Positions 29,051 through 38,538 are shown, counted from the first letter of the stretch. The stretch is DNA of 58,576 bases from Acidobacteriota bacterium (GCA_041630155.1 JBFKLX010000004.1:1-58576), one strand, 5' to 3'. Notes: generated by a model not told the origin, from the letters alone. Numbers and translations: made by a program.

Positions 29051-30933
29051 GCCGCCCCAGTGCCTTCCAGTGGAATGCGCACTCTGATCTCGGTGCCTCC
29101 ATTCCGCGGTTGGTGGAGTTTGAACTCACCTCCCAGCAAGCTGGCACGCTCGTGCATGCCCAGAATGCCGAAGGCGTGGCTGGAGGCGAGTCGCTCCGCG
29201 TCGACTCCCTTGCCGTTGTCGCGGACTGTCAGACACACGCTGTCGCGACTGGAGGTCAGCGCGACCGTGACTCGGCTGGCCTGCGCGTGGCGGGTGATGT
29301 TGGTGAGGGTCTCCTGAAAGATCCGGAAGAGGCAGGTTGCGACGTCCCGATGCAACTGCAGATCGCTATCGGGCAGGCGCAGGCGGCAGCGCACCCGCGT
29401 CCGCTCCTGAAACTCCTTGGCCTGCCATTCGATCGCGGCCGGAAGCCCCAGGTCGTCGAGAATCGTGGGGCGCAGGGCCGCCAGGATCCCGCGCAGCGAG
29501 TCAATGGTCTGGTCCACCATCTGGCCCGTCTGAGCCAACTGCCGGCGCAGCTGGCTCTGGGACGGCTGCAGCCGCTCCTCCAGCCAGGACAGGTCGAAAC
29601 GGATGGCCGTGAGGGCCTGCCCGAGCTCATCGTGAATCTCCCGGGCCACCTGGACCCGCTCTTCTTCGCGGACGGTCTGCAGGTGCGAGGAGAGTTGGCG
29701 CAGTTTCTGATGCGATTGCTGCAGCTCGTCTTGCGCGGTCTTGGCGGCCGTGATGTCCTGGATCTGAGCGATGAAGGAGAGTGGACGGCGGTGAGGGTCG
29801 CGGATCAGCGAGATGTTCACGAGCGCCCAGACGATGCGGCCCGTCTTGTGGATACAGCGTTTCTCGAAACGCGCACTCTCGCTCTCTCCCGCCAGGGCGC
29901 GTTCGAGATATTCCAACCCGATGGGCACGTCCTCCGGGTGGGCGAGGTCGTGAAAGGAGAGCTCGAGAAGTTCTTTCTTGGAGAAGCCGGTGATCCGGGC
30001 CAGCGAGTGGTTCACTTTGATCAGGCGCCCCTGGACGCCCACCAGCGCCATGCCGATCGGCGCATGTTCGAAGGCTCTCCGAAAGCGCTCTTCGCTTTCC
30101 CGAAGGGCCTCCTGGGCCCGCCGGTGCTCAGTCACGTCCCGCATGATGGCGGCCAGACAGGCCTCTTGCCCCTGTTTGCGTTCCCGGGTCAGAAAAGCGT
30201 TCAGATGGACGTGGATCTTGCGGCCGCTTTGGAAGTGCCGGAGCTGCGCCTCACCCTCCCAGCGTCCTTCACTGAGGATGGCAGGCAAGATGGTCCGGTT
30301 GATTTCCTGGTGGGTCTCCGGTGCGTGGAACTCCAAGAGGTGCCTGCCGATCGCCTGCTGGGGGTCGTGCAGTCCCACCAGCCGAAGCCCCGCCTCGTTC
30401 ATGTAGATGATCCGGCCATCCTCGGCTGAGGCCATGGCGATCAGGTCGCTGCAGTGCTCCACCAGCGAGACGAACCGGCGCTGTTCCTCTTCGGCCTGCT
30501 TGTGATGGTGGATGTCTTGCAGCTGGGCTACGAAGCAGAGCGGCTGGTTCTGTTCGTCACGGATCAGCGAAAAGCTGATGATGGCCCAGATGGAGTGGCC
30601 ATCTCTGTGCAGGTAGCGCTTCTCATAAGTCCATGAGTCCCGATCCCCGCGCAGGACAGCCTCCACCCGCCGCCGGTCCAGCTGCAGGTCGTCCGGGTGG
30701 GTCACATCGCGAAAGCCGATTCGCAGCAGCTCTTCCTCGGAGTAGCCGAGAATCTCGCAGAGGCGTGGATTGACACGAAGGAACCGGCCATCGGTCGAGA
30801 GGACAGCCATTCCGGTCGAGGAGTACTCGAAAGCGTTCTGAAACCAAGTCTCGGGCCCTCCCAGCGGCGCCACCGTGCAGCGGTCGGGTTCTTGGGACGG
30901 CGTTGTTCCTGCCGATTCCTTTTCCACGGCCAT
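29047..30933 (-). CDS. Cytoplasmic triple-PAS histidine kinase, HisKA_3 (NarX/UhpB) type
   Basis: Three PAS/PAC units, EERVQVAREIHDELGQ, FRIFQETLTNITRHA, VRDNGKG; no TM segment; ATGA overlap with the regulator. Confidence 0.93.
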   Translation of the reverse strand: MAVEKESAGTTPSQEPDRCTVAPLGGPETWFQNAFEYSSTGMAVLSTDGRFLRVNPRLCEILGYSEEELLRIGFRDVTHPDDLQLDRRRVEAVLRGDRDSWTYEKRYLHRDGHSIWAIISFSLIRDEQNQPLCFVAQLQDIHHHKQAEEEQRRFVSLVEHCSDLIAMASAEDGRIIYMNEAGLRLVGLHDPQQAIGRHLLEFHAPETHQEINRTILPAILSEGRWEGEAQLRHFQSGRKIHVHLNAFLTRERKQGQEACLAAIMRDVTEHRRAQEALRESEERFRRAFEHAPIGMALVGVQGRLIKVNHSLARITGFSKKELLELSFHDLAHPEDVPIGLEYLERALAGESESARFEKRCIHKTGRIVWALVNISLIRDPHRRPLSFIAQIQDITAAKTAQDELQQSHQKLRQLSSHLQTVREEERVQVAREIHDELGQALTAIRFDLSWLEERLQPSQSQLRRQLAQTGQMVDQTIDSLRGILAALRPTILDDLGLPAAIEWQAKEFQERTRVRCRLRLPDSDLQLHRDVATCLFRIFQETLTNITRHAQASRVTVALTSSRDSVCLTVRDNGKGVDAERLASSHAFGILGMHERASLLGGEFKLHQPRNGGTEIRVRIPLEGTGAA

Positions 30934-31207
30934 TCTTCCTCCAGAGGCCCGACAGGTCAGTTGGGGTCAAGGGAGCCAGGGCCACCAGGTTGCCCCCGAG
31001 ACCCTCTGTTGAACAATAAAGCGCCTCAGGTCCTCAGGGGAATCAGCCGAGGAGCCGAGTCTGTGTCAGTATAGTCCTACAGGGCTCCCCCAGGGCATGG
31101 GAAAAGGGATCATCCCGCGAGCCAGCTTCCGCTTCGCTCCGGCCGGTTCCGGCACCGGTCGCTCGTGACAGTTTCGAGGCTGCCGGGAGGAGTCAGGCGC
31201 CGGCTGG

Positions 31208-31753
31208 TCAGCGTCTTCTCAAGAGCCGCTCGATATCGGCCGGTGCCTGTCGGGTCTCGGGTTCACCCACGTATTTGGCCACCAGACCTCCCTCACGATC
31301 CAACAAGAAGGCCGTGGGCAAAACGCTGACTTTTCCCAGCGGAGTGAGATCGACAATGGTTCCGACGATCAGTGGCTCGGGCGAGGGGCGGGCGATGAGG
31401 TAATTGATGTCGGGAAAGTGCCGGCGGAAGCGTTCCACCGCACTCCAACCATCGGTGTCCACGTTCAGGCCGATGACGACCAGGTCGCCCTCGTACTGCT
31501 TCTGCAATTCGATCAGATGGGGGACCGCTTTCAGACAAGGGGCGCACCAACTGGCCCAAACGTCGATCAACACCAGCTTACCCCGGAAATCATCCAATGC
31601 GAGCTCTCCCTGCGGAGTATCCAGAGGGAGATCCTGGACGGTGCGGCGCTGCTCGTCGCTCTGGAAGTCGACCGCTTCCCGTCCCGCTCGCACCTGCAGG
31701 TAGAACCAGGCGCCGACGGCCAGCAGCAGGACCATGACTGAAACCAAGAGCAT
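31208..31753 (-). CDS. TlpA/ResA-like thiol-disulfide oxidoreductase
   Basis: N-terminal membrane anchor, DVWASWCAPC, LPTAFLLDREG. Confidence 0.9.
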   Translation of the reverse strand: MLLVSVMVLLLAVGAWFYLQVRAGREAVDFQSDEQRRTVQDLPLDTPQGELALDDFRGKLVLIDVWASWCAPCLKAVPHLIELQKQYEGDLVVIGLNVDTDGWSAVERFRRHFPDINYLIARPSPEPLIVGTIVDLTPLGKVSVLPTAFLLDREGGLVAKYVGEPETRQAPADIERLLRRR

Positions 31754-31833
31754 GCGTCGCAATTTCACGGGTGTCAGGCTACCACTGGGGGGTCGTGGGA
31801 GGGAAGTCTGGCCCCGGGGTTTTCGCGAGGCGG

Positions 31834-33624
31834 CTATCCCGTGACTTTCCGCCACATCGCCCGGCCGATGAAACGGAACTTGTCGCCGAGGGGGAAGCGC
31901 TTCAGCACCGTCTCGACCACCCCCTGAGTGAAGCGGGTCCGCTTGGAGTAGTCGATTCGGACGTCTACCAGAACCGGGTGCCCGTCTCGGGCGGCGGCGA
32001 GGGCTCGTTCCATGACGGCCGCGATCTGCTGGTTGTCGTCCATTGTGAGGAAATGAGCGCCGGTGAGCCGAGCCAGACCTTCAAGCTGAATCTCAGGTAA
32101 CACAGTGCAAGTCTTTCGATTGTAGGGAATTTCTTGCCCCTGAGAGATCTGGCTCAGCTCCCCATCGTGGAACACGAACAGCACGACCCCCAGGTTCTCC
32201 GCAGTCGCCGTCAGCAATTCCACCCCCGTCATCAGGACGGCCCCGTCGCCCACCACGCCGACCACCTGCCGGTCCGGATTGGCCAGCTTGGCTCCGATGG
32301 CGCCGGGGACGCAGTACCCCATGCAGTTGAAGTCGGTGGGGGAGATGAAGGTGCGGGGCTCCAGGACGGGATAGAGTTCGGCCGCCAGGAAGGTGTGGTT
32401 GCCGTCGTCGACCACCAGGATGGAAGACCGGTCCAATTGTCGGCGCAGCTGCTCGAAGAACAGCGCCGGATTGACGCGGTCCGTCCGGTGTTTCTTCCAT
32501 TCGCCCAGATAGGACGCCTTGTCCTCGGCGATCTGGGAGGCCAGGCGCCGTCGGCGTTGCGACGAATCGAGCTGCCTCGCCTGCAGGCGTTCCAGAAGCA
32601 GCGGGACGGCCTGACGGGCGTCGGCCGGGATCCCGATGCGGGCCGGGAAGTTGCGTCCGATGGCGGCCGGGTCGATGTCGATGTGCACCAGCGCCTCCGG
32701 CACCCGGCATCCGAAACTGCCGGTGGGGATTTCTCCGAAGCGAACCCCTACGGCCAGCAGGGCGTCGATGTCTCGAAAAGCGCGTTCGGCAGCCGGCACG
32801 GCAGCCCGGCTGAATCCCATGCCGACGTGCAGGGGATGATCCGCGGGGAAGGCGCTCAGTCCCTGCAATGTCGTCGAAACGGGCCCGCCCAGCAGCTCGG
32901 CGATGTGAGCGATCTCCGAAGCCACGTCCACGGCTCCCCAACCGACGAACATCGCCGGGCGCTCGGCAGTGGCCAGCAACTGGGCCGCCTGTTCGAGTCG
33001 GTCGGGGTCGGGGGCTGCCGGCGGCGGGGTTGACGGCGCAGACGGGAGCGCTTCCACCCGGCCCCGAAAGAGCTGGAGGTTGACGGGAATCTCCACCGCA
33101 GCCGGTCCGGGGACGCCGCTGACGGCGGTGCGGTAGGCTTCGAAGATGGCCGGCACGATCTCGCCGTGTTCTCCGACCCTTCGAAAGCTCTTGGTGACCC
33201 CTTGCAGCAGCTGTTGCTGGTCGATCTGATGAAGCTGGAAGCCGAACTCCAGGTCCGTGCGGACGCCTCCGGTGATGATCAGCAAGGGAATCCCGTCGAG
33301 AAAGGCTTCCCCCAGTCCGCTCAGGGCGTGCGTGACGCCGGCCGCCGGGACGATCACGAGGCAGCCGATGGCGCCGGAGCCAGAGGTGCGGCTGATGGCG
33401 TCAGCCATGAAAGCACCGGCGCCTTCATGGGTGACCAGCACGGGGCGGATCTTCTGGGATCGGCCCAACTCGTCGTACAGCTCGGTGTTGTGAACGCCGG
33501 GAATTCCGAAGGTGTGAGCAATGGGGAGCTGTTCCAGCGCCCAGCGCGCCAGCCAGGCGCCACTGTAACGCCCGCCGGAGCGGCCGCTGCTCTTGGCTCC
33601 GACGCTCTCTTCTCGTATGGACAT
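31834..33624 (-). CDS. Thiamine pyrophosphate-binding protein (acetolactate synthase-like)
   Basis: FGIPGVHNTELYD, THEGAGAFMAD, MGYCVPGAIGAK, GDGAVLM...FHDG. Confidence 0.9.
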   Translation of the reverse strand: MSIREESVGAKSSGRSGGRYSGAWLARWALEQLPIAHTFGIPGVHNTELYDELGRSQKIRPVLVTHEGAGAFMADAISRTSGSGAIGCLVIVPAAGVTHALSGLGEAFLDGIPLLIITGGVRTDLEFGFQLHQIDQQQLLQGVTKSFRRVGEHGEIVPAIFEAYRTAVSGVPGPAAVEIPVNLQLFRGRVEALPSAPSTPPPAAPDPDRLEQAAQLLATAERPAMFVGWGAVDVASEIAHIAELLGGPVSTTLQGLSAFPADHPLHVGMGFSRAAVPAAERAFRDIDALLAVGVRFGEIPTGSFGCRVPEALVHIDIDPAAIGRNFPARIGIPADARQAVPLLLERLQARQLDSSQRRRRLASQIAEDKASYLGEWKKHRTDRVNPALFFEQLRRQLDRSSILVVDDGNHTFLAAELYPVLEPRTFISPTDFNCMGYCVPGAIGAKLANPDRQVVGVVGDGAVLMTGVELLTATAENLGVVLFVFHDGELSQISQGQEIPYNRKTCTVLPEIQLEGLARLTGAHFLTMDDNQQIAAVMERALAAARDGHPVLVDVRIDYSKRTRFTQGVVETVLKRFPLGDKFRFIGRAMWRKVTG

Positions 33625-33640
33625 GACTTCCCCGAACTGC

Positions 33641-35278
33641 TCAGGCCCCTCGCCCGATGAAGCGCCCGGCTACTCGTCCCGTCAGAATGCAGCTCCCGAG
33701 GAACGTCCCTTCCAGCGAGCCCTTGCCGTGAATGCCTCCGCCGCCGAAGCCGGCCGCCTCTCCCACCGCGTACAAGGACGGGATGGGCTCGCCTCCCCGA
33801 CTGAGCACCTGCGACTTCAGATTCGTCTGGATTCCTCCCAGGCTCTTGCGGGTGAGAAGGAACTCACGAATGGCGATCAGCGGGCGGGCCCGGGGATCCA
33901 GGATGCGCTGGAACTTGCAGGTTCGAAGGCGGTCGCCGCGGTAGGCTCGGAAGCTGAGCAGCCAGCGCAGCTGCTCGTCGTTGTAGTAAGCGCGGCCGCG
34001 GGCGATCTGCTCGTCGTACCGCTCGATGTCGCGACGCAAGCGATCCCCGTCGATCTGAAACCCGTCCAGGCTCTGCCGGTTCATCTTGTCGACGAGGGCG
34101 TCCAGCGTAGCGGCCACAAGCATGTCCTGGGGACACTCGCGAATCAGCCGTTCCACCAGGTCTCGGTTCCCGAACAGTGCCGATTTGAGGAGCAGCAGCC
34201 GGCTCTTCTTTCGAAAAGCCGCCATGTAGTCGCAGCCGGAGACTGCCAGTTCCCGGACGGCGATTTTCCAGTTCAGGACCTGCCAGGAATACTGTCCGGG
34301 CTGGCTCAGAATGCTCTTCACCAAGTGGCCGGTGTCGGTATAGGAGACCAGAGGGCGTGGTCCGATCCGGGCCCCCTGGGCATTGATCCAGAGGGCTGAG
34401 CGGGGTGGGACCAGGCTGAGGCCGCCGTCAGGTCCGCGTTCTGGATGGTGGATGCCGGCAGCGTAGAGCCAGTGGCGGTCCAGGTGGGTGAGATTACCCC
34501 CGATCGCGTCCACCTGATCGTGCAGCAGGCCGTCTCCGAAACGATGGGCTCCGTTGAGGAGATAGCGAGGCGGGGCGCTCCACTCGGTGGGCCAGTTCCG
34601 GCGGATCTTGCTGAGATCTCCACCCCCAATGCCTCCGGAGGCGATTACGACGTTTTCCGCCAGGACCTGGAAGTCGGCCTCGCCCGCGAGGTCACGACCC
34701 CGCACACCCAGGGCCCGCCCATTCGCCATTTCGATACCGTTCACTTCGTGCTGAAACAGCAGTCGAAGCTTGGCGGAGGCCTGCGGGTGGTTCCGCAGGG
34801 CTGCGATCGAGCGCTGCGCGATCTCTTGACCGGTGCCCCAGGCGATGTGCCAGCGGGGCAGGGAATTGCCCGGCTGGTCCCAGCCGCGTTCGGGCCAGTT
34901 GACCAAAGGGAGGAATTTGACGCCCCGAGAGTCGAGGAACTCGTAGATCCAGGAAATCGAGTTCTCGCAATACCGGCGGGCCCACTTCTGAGGCCATTCG
35001 TCGACTTCCGTTCCCCAGCGCGCATAGCTCTGCCAGTCGTGCCAAGCCAGCTCGGGGGAATCGCGCAAGCCCAGGCGGCGCTGGTGGGGAGTGTCGATGA
35101 GGTGGAGTCCTCCGAAAGACTCGGCCGCCAGGCCTCCGAATCGGTCCTGGAGGTCTTTGTCGATCAACAGCACCGAGCGGCCGTGGTCGAGGAGTTCCGA
35201 GGCGGTGGCAATGCCGGCCAGTCCGGCACCCGCGATCACTACGTCGGCCCGATACGTTGCGCTTGGCAAGCCGTCCAC
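33641..35278 (-). CDS. FAD-binding dehydrogenase (FAD_binding_2; ketosteroid dehydrogenase/PRK12834-like)
   Basis: GAGLAGIA, FGGLAAESFGG, RWHIAWGTG, RKSLGGIQT, LYAVGEAAGFGGGGIHGKGSLEGTFLGSC. Confidence 0.88.
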   Translation of the reverse strand: MDGLPSATYRADVVIAGAGLAGIATASELLDHGRSVLLIDKDLQDRFGGLAAESFGGLHLIDTPHQRRLGLRDSPELAWHDWQSYARWGTEVDEWPQKWARRYCENSISWIYEFLDSRGVKFLPLVNWPERGWDQPGNSLPRWHIAWGTGQEIAQRSIAALRNHPQASAKLRLLFQHEVNGIEMANGRALGVRGRDLAGEADFQVLAENVVIASGGIGGGDLSKIRRNWPTEWSAPPRYLLNGAHRFGDGLLHDQVDAIGGNLTHLDRHWLYAAGIHHPERGPDGGLSLVPPRSALWINAQGARIGPRPLVSYTDTGHLVKSILSQPGQYSWQVLNWKIAVRELAVSGCDYMAAFRKKSRLLLLKSALFGNRDLVERLIRECPQDMLVAATLDALVDKMNRQSLDGFQIDGDRLRRDIERYDEQIARGRAYYNDEQLRWLLSFRAYRGDRLRTCKFQRILDPRARPLIAIREFLLTRKSLGGIQTNLKSQVLSRGGEPIPSLYAVGEAAGFGGGGIHGKGSLEGTFLGSCILTGRVAGRFIGRGA

Positions 35279-35429
35279 CCCCCTTTCGTGCGTTCGGAGC
35301 CCGAGCCTCCCGGGTCGGCCGGTCGTTGCACTGACGGGAGTTTAACAGGCCGCGAGGCAGGGTCAAACCTTTCATTGACGGCTCTCGAGGTCCGGGAATT
35401 CCGGGGTTCGGGAATCTCGAGTCCGGCGC

Positions 35430-35921
35430 TCACTCGAGATCGACGGGTCGGGGGTCCGGAGCCTGCCCCACGATCTTCTCGAGGATTCCCCGGGAGGCCT
35501 CGTCGAGGGAACGAGCTCCCAGTTCGCCCAGCAGCTGAGTGGCACGCTCCTGGGCCTGCTGCCACAAGGGGAGCGCCTTCTCGATCTGCTTCACGCCTCG
35601 AGGGGTCAAGGCAACATAGTGAGTCCGTTCGTCTCCAGCCGGCAGCGTTCTGAGCCATCCTCTTTTCTGCAGCAGCTTGACATTGCGGCTGACCGTAGAG
35701 GCGTCCATCTGCAGCAGGTCCTGGAGTTCGTGCGGCCTGACACGCCCCATGTAGCAAGCCATGCAGAGCAGGGTGAGCTGGCCGTTGCGCAAGCCTGCGG
35801 GGCGCAGTGCCTGATCGAAAATCGAGATGATGACCCGGTTGAGCAACCGGGTGCGTCCCGCAATGCAGGTCTCCAGCATCCAGCCGGCCATTTTCCGTTG
35901 TTCGTCCACCGTCTTGCACAT
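35430..35921 (-). CDS. MarR family transcriptional regulator
   Basis: C-terminal part of the long track ORF: RTRLLNRVI..FDQALRPAGL, MDASTVSRNVKLLQKRGW, ALTPRG. Start at 35921 or 35891. Confidence 0.85.
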   Translation of the reverse strand: MCKTVDEQRKMAGWMLETCIAGRTRLLNRVIISIFDQALRPAGLRNGQLTLLCMACYMGRVRPHELQDLLQMDASTVSRNVKLLQKRGWLRTLPAGDERTHYVALTPRGVKQIEKALPLWQQAQERATQLLGELGARSLDEASRGILEKIVGQAPDPRPVDLE

Positions 35922-36070
35922 CTTAGCGGGTTCGCTCTTTTCATTCACCAGTGGGGTTTTCCGAGAGGGCGCACACCCACCGTGAGAGGCCTTTCCCGCC
36001 GCTATTCTGTCGGCCACCAGACAACCTCTCCGAGTTGGAACGAAACAGCGCTTGCCTTTCCTCGAATCTT

Positions 36071-36086
36071 TATTGTATATACAATA
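36071..36086. promoter_or_regulatory. Perfect 16-bp palindrome TATTGTATATACAATA, candidate operator
   Basis: Exact inverted repeat in an AT-rich patch between the divergent marR and dinB-like genes; contains TACAAT on both strands. Confidence 0.7.
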
Positions 36087-36119
36087 TTTGTAATTGCAAC
36101 AAAAAAGGAGGATCGAAGG

Positions 36120-36725
36120 ATGGGACGTACATGGCTGGTTTCGGCGTTGATTTTGGCTGGAGTGGGGGCGCTGTGGGCGGGAGATTCGTCCAAGGCGGAC
36201 CGGGAGCGTCTGCTGGCGGAGCTGGCCGAAAGCCGCGCTCTGCTGCTGGGCGAGCTGGACGGGCTTTCCGACGAGCAGGCTCGTTTCCAGCCGGCTGAGA
36301 ACAAGTGGGCTGTCATCCACACCCTGGAGCACATCGTTTTGGCCGAAGACACGATTCGGGGCCTGATCGGGCAGCTGCTGACGGGCGAGCAGTCGAGTCG
36401 AGAGCAACCCACCGCGGCCACTGACGAGCGGGTCGCCCAGTTCGTGGTGGATCGCACTCAGAAGTTCGACGCGCCGCAGAGGGTTCAGCCGACCGGCAAA
36501 TACCGGACTCTGGAGGAGGGCATCCAAGCGTTCCAGGCAACGCGTCGGAGCACGGTCGAGCTGATCGAGGGGCTCAGTGTGAACCTGCGCGACTACCGGG
36601 CCAAGAATCCCGTGCTGGGAGAGATCGACGGCGTCCAATGGGTGACCTTCCTCTCGGGTCACTCCCGCCGCCACACCCAGCAGATCCGCGAGATCAAGGC
36701 GGCCGAAAATTTCCCGCTTCGCTAG
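36120..36725 (+). CDS. DinB/YfiT-like metalloprotein with signal peptide
   Basis: MGRTWLVSALILAGVGALWA signal; TLEHIVLAE and GHSRRHTQQI His motifs; AGGAG SD. Confidence 0.85.
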   Translation: MGRTWLVSALILAGVGALWAGDSSKADRERLLAELAESRALLLGELDGLSDEQARFQPAENKWAVIHTLEHIVLAEDTIRGLIGQLLTGEQSSREQPTAATDERVAQFVVDRTQKFDAPQRVQPTGKYRTLEEGIQAFQATRRSTVELIEGLSVNLRDYRAKNPVLGEIDGVQWVTFLSGHSRRHTQQIREIKAAENFPLR

Positions 36726-36783
36726 AAGCACAACCGAGATCGGGGGCTGCTGTGCCCCGGGGCCTGGGGAGCCGGGCCAGCAG

Positions 36784-37461
36784 CTACCCGGACTTCCTCA
36801 ACTCGGCCAGGAAACGGCCCGCAGCCTTGGAGAAATCCTCTGACCACTGGTGGCCGGCCTCGAAGAGGCAGGTTTCGACACGGGCCGCCAGGGTTTTCAG
36901 GGCTTGCAGATCGGCCTGCATTTTTTCCTCCGTATACCAGGGATCCTGGAGCCCTCGCCCCAGCAGGACGGGCGGGAGGACCGCGCCCCCTCGCTGCACC
37001 ACATCGGGAGGGACGTCTCCGGCCAGGATGACCAGCCCACCGATGGGAAAGTCACAGCGGGCCGCTGCGCGGTAGGCCATGGAGGCGCCTTGTGAGAAGC
37101 CCAGCAACACCAGGAGGTCAGGTCGACCGCAGCGTTGCTCAAGTCGTTCCAGGACTTCCGAAACGTAGGCGATGTTGTCCTCGATGGCCTGCAGGCGGTG
37201 CTGCCTGGTCATCCAGCTACCCACGACGTCCCGCGTCTTCGAGTTGTAGAAGAGATGGAGCGACTGTACGGCGCACAGGAGCCACTGCCGGGAGCCTGGG
37301 ATGCGCTTCAGCTGGCGGAGGTTGGCCTCGGCGTTCTCGGCATAGCCGTGAAAGCCGACCAGCCAGAGGGGCGCCGCGGGTCGCGCGGGAGCGTCGACCA
37401 GAAAGCTGCCGTGAATCCGAGTCGAGAGCAAGTCGCTGCTGAGCTGTCTTTTTTTCCCCAT
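36784..37461 (-). CDS. Phospholipase/carboxylesterase (alpha/beta hydrolase)
   Basis: GFHGY, nucleophile elbow GFSQG, D (QDPW) and H (GHQW). Confidence 0.88.
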   Translation of the reverse strand: MGKKRQLSSDLLSTRIHGSFLVDAPARPAAPLWLVGFHGYAENAEANLRQLKRIPGSRQWLLCAVQSLHLFYNSKTRDVVGSWMTRQHRLQAIEDNIAYVSEVLERLEQRCGRPDLLVLLGFSQGASMAYRAAARCDFPIGGLVILAGDVPPDVVQRGGAVLPPVLLGRGLQDPWYTEEKMQADLQALKTLAARVETCLFEAGHQWSEDFSKAAGRFLAELRKSG

Positions 37462-37513
37462 GAAAGCATGCTACTGTCCTGAGCTGGAGTTCGTCATCTC
37501 GGCCGGCGAAACC

Positions 37514-37651
37514 GAGCCTGGATTTTGCATGAGTTTTCAACGGCGGCGCCGGCATCGTGCTTCGGGCACCCCGGAAGGGATTCCGCTGTGCCGTCCAGCG
37601 TCGCGGGGCTTCCGGAGCCTCGCAACCATCCCTCATGCAAAACCCCGGCTC
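37514..37651. mobile_element. MITE-like element (138 bp)
   Basis: 20-bp terminal inverted repeats matching at 18/20, flanked on both sides by the direct repeat ACC; internal hairpin; no coding capacity. Confidence 0.55.
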
Positions 37652-37667
37652 ACCAAGGGAGAGAGTC

Positions 37668-38045
37668 ATGTGGAAGTCACTGGTCGGACTGCTGGGCCTC
37701 GGAAACATAGGATTCGGGCTGATCGCTCTGCTGGATCCTCCTCGTGTAGCCTCGTGGCTCGGCCTGGAATTGCTGGGGGTTTCGGCCTACGGCGAGCTCC
37801 GCGCCGTTTACGGGGGCCTGGTGCTGGCCCTGGGCGGAGCGATGATCTGGGGGGTTTTCGGTAACCAACCGAGTTGGCTCGCGCCGCTGGCGTTGTTGTT
37901 TGGCGGCCTGGTGTCCGGCAGATTGATCAGCCTGTCGCTGGACGGGTGGTCCACCTATACGCTGGCCGCGGCAATTCTGGAGGCGGCCGGCGCTTTGCTC
38001 CTGGCCAAGGTCTCGTCTTCCCGCGACGGGCCGCTGCCGGAATGA
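37668..38045 (+). CDS. DUF4345 family membrane protein
   Basis: Four hydrophobic helices, ELRAVYGG, GRLISLSLDG. Confidence 0.75.
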   Translation: MWKSLVGLLGLGNIGFGLIALLDPPRVASWLGLELLGVSAYGELRAVYGGLVLALGGAMIWGVFGNQPSWLAPLALLFGGLVSGRLISLSLDGWSTYTLAAAILEAAGALLLAKVSSSRDGPLPE

Positions 38046-38172
38046 CGACGCAGGAACGCGGGCTCGGCTCGACCGCTTCGATCGGAGCGTTCCGGATCGT
38101 CCTGGAGAACCACCTCGAGCCGGGCGGGCCTCCCTTGCCTGTCTCGATGGGCTTCGCGTAGAGTGGGCTGTC

Positions 38173-38538
38173 GTGAGCGAGCAGACGGGCCGCACCGCGA
38201 CCATCGCAGTCCAAGTCGAGCTGGACGAGAAGAACGTCCCGGAGTCGATTCACTGGAAGGCCTCCGAGGGGCCACCCCAAGGGATGTCCGTCGAAGCGAT
38301 GATGTTTTCCGTCTGGGACCCGGAACGGCGGAACACGTTGAGCATCGATCTTTGGACTCCCCGGATGACCGTCGACGCGATGAACTTCTTCGTGCTCCAG
38401 GTGCTCATCAAGACAGCCGAGACCTTCCGCAAGGCAACCGGAGACGACTCCACCTCCGGGCTCCTGGACAGTTTCGTCAGCCAACTGCAGCAGCACCTGG
38501 AGACACGCGCGAAAACTGAGGGCGAAGGAAGCCGCTGA
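38173..38538 (+). CDS. gldC: GldC-like protein
   Basis: VELDEKNVPESIHWKA, MMFSVWD, LSIDLWT..MTVDAM..F, AETFRKAT recall Bacteroidota GldC. Confidence 0.75.
   Translation: MSEQTGRTATIAVQVELDEKNVPESIHWKASEGPPQGMSVEAMMFSVWDPERRNTLSIDLWTPRMTVDAMNFFVLQVLIKTAETFRKATGDDSTSGLLDSFVSQLQQHLETRAKTEGEGSR

Noticed and set aside
35430-36731. 433-aa and 368-aa ORFs as fusion proteins
   Set aside because: Each is a real gene (marR or dinB-like) extended by the antisense of the other across an AT-rich promoter region.
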